Positions 17,045 through 23,414 of a stretch of 23,414 nucleotides of DNA are shown one piece after another. Every line of letters starts with the position of its first letter. The first letter of the stretch is position 1. Under the pieces are notes generated by a model. The model made no database searches. It saw nothing but the letters and a program-made list of their open reading frames with translations, and had not been told where the DNA came from. Source of the stretch: a virus. Location of the stretch: UHGV virus genome UHGV-0114356. One strand, written 5' to 3'. A program made the translations under genes and the position numbers.

Positions 17045-17069
17045 ATAAAAAAAGCTGCCCGGAGGCAGC
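17045..17069 (-). terminator. intrinsic terminator closing the two-gene insert
   Basis: Minus-strand hairpin gctgcc-tccg-ggcagc (17054-17069) followed by a 7-T tract (plus-strand A run 17047-17053), just after the stop at 17073. Confidence 0.55.
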
Positions 17070-17072
17070 CTG

Positions 17073-17282
17073 TTAGATAAATTCGACGGTTACTACGCCG
17101 CGCAGTTTGCGGGAATAGAACTCATCCCGCTTGCGCTTGTGGACCCGGAGTGGATATGGATAGAAGCATGCGATTCCTCGCTTAACATCCGCCCATATGC
17201 AGCGTTTGGCCTCGTTGCCGTTAACGAACACTCGGCGCTTACCGCGGCCATCGCCCACATGGTGAAAATCGTCATCTCGCAT
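17073..17282 (-). CDS. small basic hypothetical protein (69 aa)
   Basis: ATG 17280-17282 preceded by GGGGGG (rc of 17283-17297 = cttggggggtgttct); MRDDDFHHVGDGRGKRRVFVNGNEAKRCIWADVKRG...RVHKRKRDEFYSRKLRG, Arg/Lys-rich. Frame choice and start are uncertain. Confidence 0.4.
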   Translation of the reverse strand: MRDDDFHHVGDGRGKRRVFVNGNEAKRCIWADVKRGIACFYPYPLRVHKRKRDEFYSRKLRGVVTVEFI

Positions 17283-17305
17283 AGAACACCCCCCAAGCAA
17301 CTGGT

Positions 17306-17770
17306 TTAGAGAATTTGCCAGTCATCAGCCAAGACGTCGGTTTGGCTTGGTGCCCAAGGCACGCGAGCGCCATTTGGGTATGGCATAGCACCATTGCCCG
17401 GCACCGGATAAATTAAACGAATGTACGGCAGGTCCACAGATGGCGACTGCTGGACCAGCTCAAGCCACAGGCCCTTGCCGTTCCAGCCTGCGCGGGTGAC
17501 ACGCTTGCCTGATTTCAGGGCTTCGACAGCCAGTCCGAAGCTAAGCCCCGCCACTGGTCGGTAGGCTTTGTCGAACACATCTTTCGGACTCCAGCTCACA
17601 TACCCGTTGAAGCGATCGGTATTTGGCTTTCCGCCATCCAGATACTCGACGAGATAACCTTCATCACTTCCGTTTTCGTCACTTGGTAACTCCCAACCAC
17701 GAAAGTCGTTATATGCCAGACGGGTCATCGGGTAAGCATTGATGAGCTTCACGCCAATATGTTGAGTCAT
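17306..17770 (-). CDS. DUF2829-like (Tad2-family candidate) protein with N-terminal extension
   Basis: 154 aa; C-terminal region AVEALKSGKRVTRAGWNGKGLWLEL...VPWAPSQTDVLADDWQIL matches my recollection of the DUF2829 signature (the family containing Thoeris anti-defence Tad2); assignment is from memory, not from a search. Confidence 0.5.
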   Translation of the reverse strand: MTQHIGVKLINAYPMTRLAYNDFRGWELPSDENGSDEGYLVEYLDGGKPNTDRFNGYVSWSPKDVFDKAYRPVAGLSFGLAVEALKSGKRVTRAGWNGKGLWLELVQQSPSVDLPYIRLIYPVPGNGAMPYPNGARVPWAPSQTDVLADDWQIL

Positions 17771-17790
17771 TGTTTTATTACCTTATTCAG

Positions 17791-18894
17791 TTATTCAAAA
17801 GCCGACGCATCCACGCGGCGTAGCTCGTCCAGGGTCAGGAACTCCCCGGCATCGTTGAACATCTCCGGCACGGTGATTTTGCCGTCACGGAGCATCTGCG
17901 CACGAGTAACGCCCAGCACCTGCTCCTGCCGCGCGTAAGGCTGCCTCACAAGCCATTCGGCATAGCTGGTATGCACTGGCACCTGGCCGTCCATGGACGC
18001 TCTGGTTGCGTTGCTCAGTTCGTCAGGCGGTATCTGCAATTCTTCCCACGACTTAGTGATGAGGATTTCACCGGAGCGACAGCAGAAGTGGATTTTGCCG
18101 GGTCCGCGTAGGTATGGGACCACATGCCCCAGCGGCTTGCCGTCGAGCGTGTAGAGCTTGCGGTCGCGGATGATGCACCACTGGCTGGTATGCGTGTCCA
18201 GCGTGGAGGACCACTGCTTGGCCTTCACGATATCGCTGTTGGCCTGGGCGAACTCCTGGCGCGCTGTGGCGGCCATGTGATTCACCGCGGTGCGGGTCAC
18301 CACCGCCAGGTCGCGACGGGATGTGTTGATCACCCCGTCCTCGCGATTTCTCTGCGGCGTACCCGCTACGCGCCGGACAATCTGCTCTACCGTTTCGCCC
18401 TGGAGGAAACCGGAGCGTACAGCGTTGGTGATTTTGTCCAGCCGATCCAATTCAAGCTTCTGACTCCACTCTTTCAGCAACCGCCCCTGAAAGGGCTGCG
18501 CCACTGCTGAGGCGTAAACCTGTTCTGCCGCAATGCTCTGGAGCGGCACATGCTTGAGGATCTGTTTAGGGATGATGCTGCTGAACAGGTTCAGCTGATA
18601 CCCGGTCTCATATTCAACGTAGCGCGTCAGTTCGCGCGTCAGCGCAGCATTAACCGGTTCATAGGCCTGCTGGTTGAGGTCCCGCACACCAGCCAGCAGC
18701 GAAGCTAGGCGGCGGGCGCTGTAGGTGTCGGCACGCTTGCCGTCCAGCAGCACCAGCAGTTTTGCAGCAAGGTCAGCATCCAGCCTGTTCAGCAACGACA
18801 CCATGCGCCGGGCGACGCCAGTGCCGTAGCGGTTCACATAAAGCCCGTGCGCTATGGTTTCGTCCTGAAGCCTGTCATTGACGGAACGGGCCAT
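17791..18894 (-). CDS. head morphogenesis protein (Mu F-like / SPP1 gp7-like minor capsid protein)
   Basis: 367 aa directly downstream of the portal gene with 1-nt spacing; size and position typical of Mu F-like head morphogenesis proteins. Confidence 0.7.
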   Translation of the reverse strand: MARSVNDRLQDETIAHGLYVNRYGTGVARRMVSLLNRLDADLAAKLLVLLDGKRADTYSARRLASLLAGVRDLNQQAYEPVNAALTRELTRYVEYETGYQLNLFSSIIPKQILKHVPLQSIAAEQVYASAVAQPFQGRLLKEWSQKLELDRLDKITNAVRSGFLQGETVEQIVRRVAGTPQRNREDGVINTSRRDLAVVTRTAVNHMAATARQEFAQANSDIVKAKQWSSTLDTHTSQWCIIRDRKLYTLDGKPLGHVVPYLRGPGKIHFCCRSGEILITKSWEELQIPPDELSNATRASMDGQVPVHTSYAEWLVRQPYARQEQVLGVTRAQMLRDGKITVPEMFNDAGEFLTLDELRRVDASAFE

Positions 18895-18895
18895 A

Positions 18896-20299
18896 TCACA
18901 CCTCGCCTATCGTTCTGGTATCCAGCGAGGAGGATTCAGCCAATAACTCGTCCAGGACCTTTTCTGGGTCTGCGTCTGCATCAATCAGGTTAAGCTTCTG
19001 CAGCGCCTTAATGGCATCGATACGGCGGAGGTCGCCACCCTGGCGAAGTGACTGAATAGCCAGCGCCGCAGGCGGGTTAAACTCTTTCGACTCGACATCC
19101 AGCTCAGTGCGAACATCAACGTTGCCACCATCTTTCTCGCCGATGTACTCAGCCATGATTTGCAGGATGTTGTCGATCGCATCTTCAAGGCTGGTAGCCA
19201 TGGTGTAGAGCGGTGACTGCTCCTGCATTTTCTCTTCAGAGGTCTGGTCTACCGATTTGGTAGAGGTGTTCTCTGTACGCAGCAACTTCGCGCCCGCCTG
19301 GCGCATCTGCTCCACAAGTTCTGCCAGCGACTCTTTACCAGCACCGATGGAGGAGCCTGTATGCTCGACGTATTCCAGACCCTGCTTTTGCCGATCAGTG
19401 AACGACGTAGCTGAAGACGAGCCAATTATCAGCTCTTGCCCCTCTTCCAAACCGAACACCGTGAGCAACGGCACCCTGGCGACGTGCAGAATGTTGTCCT
19501 GCTCGCTCTGGCTCTGCCAGTGCTTGATGTTCAGCAGGGCCATGTTGAGCAGTGGCGGTGAACCACACATAAACCCGGTGCGTTTGGTGTAGAGCGTGAC
19601 CAGAGTGATATCCTGGCGGGATGTCTGCCACCCATCGAATAGCGCCCAGGTCGCGGCACCGTCAGCATCTTTAGCCTTGCGGTAAATTTCCACCTTTCCG
19701 GGTGTCAGGTATCGGATTTGCTCGACTTTGGTCTGCCCGAAGTCGTCGCCGTCTTCGACCACAACCTCTTTGATACGCAGCGCAGTCAGCACCACTTTTC
19801 CGTCCACCATTTTCGACTTCCAGCCAATTACCTGGCGTGGATTAAGCATGGTGACATAGGGGCGCGCGCCGGTAGTTTTCTCTTCAGCTTTGGTTTTCAC
19901 CTTTTCGGTGTCCACCCTGGGATAATCCACCAGCGCGTGGGAGAGTCCATACTGCATCGCCAGACCGAAGAATGCCTGCGCCCATACGTCCAGGCGCGTC
20001 CCCTCAAGGTCGAAGTTTTTCGCATACTCTCGCAGCTGATCAGGCACATTCTCGGCAAGCTTAATGGGCTCGGCGAATACACGCCCGATGTTTTGCTTAA
20101 TGGTCTCTTCGTAGGCTGGCAGAAGCGTGGCCACGGCGAGGCGTTTTTTGTAATCCTCTTTGTCTTCCTTGGGCCAGCGAGGGAGATAGGACTCGCCCAG
20201 CTGGCGCATATACAGCGTGCCGCCCATCAGGGCATCGTTGATATCCCACGCCTCGACCATGTTCCCATAGTCCAGATTTGGGGTTGAAATATCAGGCAT
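18896..20299 (-). CDS. portal protein
   Basis: ATG 20297-20299 gives MPDISTPNLDYGNMVEAW... (467 aa); the track start at 20374 would overlap the terminase gene. Large acidic protein immediately after the large terminase gene. Confidence 0.8.
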   Translation of the reverse strand: MPDISTPNLDYGNMVEAWDINDALMGGTLYMRQLGESYLPRWPKEDKEDYKKRLAVATLLPAYEETIKQNIGRVFAEPIKLAENVPDQLREYAKNFDLEGTRLDVWAQAFFGLAMQYGLSHALVDYPRVDTEKVKTKAEEKTTGARPYVTMLNPRQVIGWKSKMVDGKVVLTALRIKEVVVEDGDDFGQTKVEQIRYLTPGKVEIYRKAKDADGAATWALFDGWQTSRQDITLVTLYTKRTGFMCGSPPLLNMALLNIKHWQSQSEQDNILHVARVPLLTVFGLEEGQELIIGSSSATSFTDRQKQGLEYVEHTGSSIGAGKESLAELVEQMRQAGAKLLRTENTSTKSVDQTSEEKMQEQSPLYTMATSLEDAIDNILQIMAEYIGEKDGGNVDVRTELDVESKEFNPPAALAIQSLRQGGDLRRIDAIKALQKLNLIDADADPEKVLDELLAESSSLDTRTIGEV

Positions 20300-20303
20300 G
20301 GGA

Positions 20304-21875
20304 TTAGATCCGTAGGTTGGTGACTTTGCCGACTTTCTTCGGCGGTGAATGCAGGACGGCATATCTAGTGCCATCCCAGTCGTGATCTTCCTGCTGAGTG
20401 TCTACGTCATCAGGGTTCTTACTGTCGCGAACGAGCACCGGAACACGGCTTATCCAGCCGCGGCAATAGTCGAAGACGTAGAATGCTGGTTTCTCAGGTA
20501 CACCAGATTCCAGCTTCTTACCCTCAAGGACGGCCTCCAGCATGTCAGCAAAGAGGGCCGCTCCGTTTACGCGCGATCCCGGTTTCTTGTTGGATGGAAC
20601 CCACTTAACGCCCTGCGATTCCATCTTCTGGGCAATAGAGAGCTCGTCATCGCCAGTGTTGTAGATGGCACCGTCAGCTGGGCCCGGCACAACCTTTTTG
20701 CAGATACCGGGCATGATGTTCAGTTGCCCCTGAGTTATCCCATTGAGTTTTATCTCTTCAGGTTCAGGCAGCTCTTCGCCCATCAGTCGCTTATCAATCC
20801 AGGCCACACCCTTGGCGACGTTTGTCGAGCTCATATTGAGCCCTTTGTTCAGCTCGTCAGGTGGACAGCCATACCACTCGCCAATCAGGATCAGCGACCC
20901 GGCAGGCGGGCAGAACTGGCGACCATCAGGCAGTTCTGCGGCAGTACCGTCGGCTCGCGCCCACCAGAGGTTAGAGAACGGCTTCGACTCACCCCAGTCA
21001 TGGGAACGGTCAACCGTCCAGCTATCCGGGATGCGGAACGGCTTAATGACGTGCAGCGATGCATTCCACAGGTGGTCAAAGCGCCCACCGCTGGTGACAT
21101 CCCAGGAGCCCTCTACCCAAGCTTTGCGGCGGTTCGGGTCTTTGATGGCCATCAGCGTTGCGATGTACTGGGGATCCAGATACGGGTTCTCTTTGAACGA
21201 GCCGTGAATAGCCACGCGCGTCAGCGTCACATCCTCTTCGCGCTCAGTTTGCGGGTTAAACACCTGCTGCGTTTCACGAATGATGGTGCCGCGGGGCGCT
21301 GGCTCGATGAAGCGTTTCTTCACCCAGGTGTGGCCGATGCCAAACGGGTTAGTGGTGCTGAACGTCTCCAGGGGAATAGGCTTAAGTAACGAACCGTCAC
21401 CCAGCGGGTAATTCTCAGGCCGGAACGAGGAGCGCCGGCAAGAGAACATCATCTCGTAGAATTCAGGGGACTGCTGCTTGGTCAGCTCGTTAAAGCCGAT
21501 GAACGGAAACTCCTGGCCGTGATAGTCCCAGTAGTCACCCTCTTCTTTCCCGAAGCGGAACAGCAGCTCCTCTCCAGTCGGCCACACCCAGCGCAGTTCA
21601 GATGCTGACGCCAGATAGCGTGCGCCGTCGTTAAACAGGCGATACATGCGCTTTGACTGGGTAATGATATCGGTGAGGTTCTTATACTCGGTATCGAAAA
21701 TGACACCGCGCCAGAACGAACCATAGCCCAGACCAACCAGACGACGAAAGCGCGCCAGCTGCGCGGCAGTTTTACCCGGCCCGCGCGTGCCCTCGTAGAG
21801 AATTTCGTTACATGGACAGCTCAGGGAGAGCGATTGCGATCCCGGCAAGGGTTTCCAGACGGCTTTGTAATTCAT
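20304..21875 (-). CDS. terL: terminase large subunit
   Basis: Walker A-like P-loop YEGTRGPGKTAAQ near the N-terminus and acidic nuclease-type C-terminal half; start ATG 21873-21875 overlaps the TerS stop (ATGA), giving MNYKAVWKPLPG... Confidence 0.9.
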   Translation of the reverse strand: MNYKAVWKPLPGSQSLSLSCPCNEILYEGTRGPGKTAAQLARFRRLVGLGYGSFWRGVIFDTEYKNLTDIITQSKRMYRLFNDGARYLASASELRWVWPTGEELLFRFGKEEGDYWDYHGQEFPFIGFNELTKQQSPEFYEMMFSCRRSSFRPENYPLGDGSLLKPIPLETFSTTNPFGIGHTWVKKRFIEPAPRGTIIRETQQVFNPQTEREEDVTLTRVAIHGSFKENPYLDPQYIATLMAIKDPNRRKAWVEGSWDVTSGGRFDHLWNASLHVIKPFRIPDSWTVDRSHDWGESKPFSNLWWARADGTAAELPDGRQFCPPAGSLILIGEWYGCPPDELNKGLNMSSTNVAKGVAWIDKRLMGEELPEPEEIKLNGITQGQLNIMPGICKKVVPGPADGAIYNTGDDELSIAQKMESQGVKWVPSNKKPGSRVNGAALFADMLEAVLEGKKLESGVPEKPAFYVFDYCRGWISRVPVLVRDSKNPDDVDTQQEDHDWDGTRYAVLHSPPKKVGKVTNLRI

Positions 21876-22360
21876 CCACCAAGAACCTCGCTCTGCTGCT
21901 TCTGCGCTGCTGCTTCCCACTCATTCACGTTATCGCAGGATGGGACCGGCATAACGTTATGAGTGGCAACCACTGTTTGCTCTACTTTTTGTTTGTTCGT
22001 GTAAGCATCGCCAACTTCCTTGGCCGCCTGCTCCATCAGGGCGGCAGTAAGGGCCATGTTTTTCATTCCCTCTGCTTTCGTAGCCATCCTGTCGAGTACA
22101 CGCAGCCGATATGCCTTATTGGCGATCGGGATATCGGAAATTTCATTCTGGAAGCGTTCGCGAGTTGCGTTGAAAAGTTCGACCCACTTTTTTGCGAGCG
22201 TCTTACCGCTGGCCTTCGTAGGGTCGTGAGATTCGGCCTGTTGTCGGGTTATATTGATCCCGAATTCTTTTTGGACAGCCTCGACCACCTGCGATGGCGT
22301 GTCATAACACGCAAGCGACTGAATGATGAAGGCTTTCACATCAGGTTTTAATGCAGCCAT
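21872..22360 (-). CDS. terS: putative terminase small subunit (DUF2280-like)
   Basis: 162 aa, translationally coupled to terL; N-terminus MAALKPDVKAFIIQSLACYDTPSQVVEAVQKEF resembles the DUF2280-type small-terminase candidates found next to large terminases. Confidence 0.6.
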   Translation of the reverse strand: MAALKPDVKAFIIQSLACYDTPSQVVEAVQKEFGINITRQQAESHDPTKASGKTLAKKWVELFNATRERFQNEISDIPIANKAYRLRVLDRMATKAEGMKNMALTAALMEQAAKEVGDAYTNKQKVEQTVVATHNVMPVPSCDNVNEWEAAAQKQQSEVLGG

Positions 22361-22391
22361 AAATCACCATTCGTCTTATACAGTCCAGTAT

Positions 22392-23030
22392 TTAAGCCAG
22401 TTTCAGCATGCACGTCCCGCATGCTCTGGCGATGTTAAGTTTTGCCACCTCTGCAGGTTGATTGGCTGCGTCCACCAGCTCTTGCACGTCAGTGCTCGCC
22501 CCGTATCGACGTACTACACCGACAAACTCTTCGACATCGTGGCCGCGCAATGTGAGAACTGGCTGCCCGGTCTCTTTGTTGAACTTAGGTGCGCCGAAAT
22601 CATCGGTGGCCTGGGCAATGTGGTAAAGCTCATGCTCTACCAGGGCGCAGAATTCAAGGTCGCTGCATTGTGAGCAGTAGTCGGCTGCCAGCGTGATGAT
22701 GAACTTCGGGATGCGCCCGAACCATTCATACATCTGCTGTTCCATTCTGGCTTTCTGCCAACCACCTGCGCGGAGCATTACCTGTTCGGCCTGTCCGAGA
22801 ACGTAGCGCCCTTTCTTCGCGAATGAGTCAGAAGCCCACATAAAACACAAATCAGCTTCCATTAAATGGGCGTGGTCTGGGTTATGGATGCTTCCGCTAT
22901 CGCTGAGGATTTGATGGCTTATCCAGTCATGCACTTCATTGGCGGGAATCAATCTGGTGTAGGGCTGCCAGTTATCAGGGCCAATGAAATTAACTGGTGG
23001 AAGTGGCCTGCGCTCGTCTTCGTTCACCAT
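22392..23030 (-). CDS. HExxH-motif protein (putative phage metallopeptidase-like), 212 aa
   Basis: ATG 23028-23030 with AGGAT RBS; contains LVEHELYHIAQ (HExxH) and several Cys (CSQCSDLEFC, ARACGTC). Family assignment is tentative. Confidence 0.55.
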   Translation of the reverse strand: MVNEDERRPLPPVNFIGPDNWQPYTRLIPANEVHDWISHQILSDSGSIHNPDHAHLMEADLCFMWASDSFAKKGRYVLGQAEQVMLRAGGWQKARMEQQMYEWFGRIPKFIITLAADYCSQCSDLEFCALVEHELYHIAQATDDFGAPKFNKETGQPVLTLRGHDVEEFVGVVRRYGASTDVQELVDAANQPAEVAKLNIARACGTCMLKLA

Positions 23031-23033
23031 GAG

Positions 23034-23405
23034 TTAATCCTGTTTTATATACGGCAAAAATGCCGAAAACATTCTGTCGAGCAGATAGCAGTAGGTTTCG
23101 TTTGCGTCTTCCGGCTTGGTCGTTACGCCCACATCAGAGCAGACGTAAAAACATACGTGAGCGCATTCGTGAACGAGAGTTGATATCTGCTGATCGAATA
23201 CTCCAATCAGGTAAACTCGCTCTCCCGTATCGGTGTTTTCATAGTTGTTTGCCAGTCCACAGTTGAATGGCCTTTCCTCTCCGCTACCACCAAGGAATTT
23301 ATCAGCGTGCTGAAACTGTTCTCTGGTTGTTGCGAGGTAGACATGCGCACTTTGAAACAGCGGAATGGTGAATGCCGGAAGTCTGTGCCATTTGGCTTTT
23401 GCCAT
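23034..23405 (-). CDS. small HExxH-motif protein (123 aa as listed; 5' end may lie beyond the window)
   Basis: Contains TLVHECAHVCFYV (HExxH); the frame is open to the window edge, so the true start is uncertain; stop is 3 nt before the next gene's start. Confidence 0.45.
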   Translation of the reverse strand: MAKAKWHRLPAFTIPLFQSAHVYLATTREQFQHADKFLGGSGEERPFNCGLANNYENTDTGERVYLIGVFDQQISTLVHECAHVCFYVCSDVGVTTKPEDANETYCYLLDRMFSAFLPYIKQD

Positions 23406-23414
23406 CTGTTGCTC

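Noticed and set aside
17093-17296. Alternative 67-aa minus-strand frame overlapping the small basic ORF
   Set aside because: Overlaps 17073-17282 in another frame; the chosen frame has an ATG with an upstream G-rich RBS, while this one begins inside it with no RBS. Either could be wrong.
20349-21389. Plus-strand 346-aa ORF (and 20743-21207, 19718-20287)
   Set aside because: Antisense to the large terminase and portal genes, which carry recognisable motifs (P-loop); no RBS; composition typical of antisense frames.
22405-22425. Perfect inverted repeat agcatgc-N7-gcatgct near the 3' end of the 212-aa HExxH gene
   Set aside because: Inside coding sequence and built from two palindromic GCATGC hexamers; no T-tract or adjacent promoter, so probably a coding coincidence.
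1-23414. CRISPR arrays, tRNA/tmRNA genes, integrase or attachment-site repeats, insertion sequences
   Set aside because: No direct-repeat/spacer periodicity, no tRNA-like cloverleaf candidates and no transposase- or integrase-like ORFs were seen; the window is entirely within the structural gene block.

Overview
This window is the late (structural) region of a lambdoid siphovirus-type prophage, with essentially all genes on the minus strand. Reading from high to low coordinates: two adjacent HExxH-motif proteins, terminase small and large subunits, portal, a Mu F-like head morphogenesis protein, a two-gene moron-like insert (a DUF2829/Tad2-like protein and a small basic ORF), scaffold, major capsid protein, six small head-tail joining genes, a lambda-V-like major tail protein with a C-terminal Ig-like domain, a G/G-T chaperone pair with a -1 slippery site, tape measure protein, a low-GC membrane-protein moron, then lambda-like M, L, K, I and a J host-specificity gene that is broken into three reading frames. 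Downstream of J lie a convergent plus-strand lipoprotein gene, an AT-rich degenerate stretch, and the start of another minus-strand gene that runs off the window. At least seven hairpin plus T-tract intrinsic terminators punctuate the operon. The candidates most worth follow-up as accessory or undescribed functions are the Tad2-like insert (17073-17770), the membrane-anchored moron between tape measure and M (7306-7698), the lipoprotein next to J (607-837) and the HExxH pair upstream of the terminase. All family assignments come from reading the translations and from memory of known families; no database search was run. Long plus-strand ORFs in the track are antisense artefacts of the GC-rich minus-strand genes.
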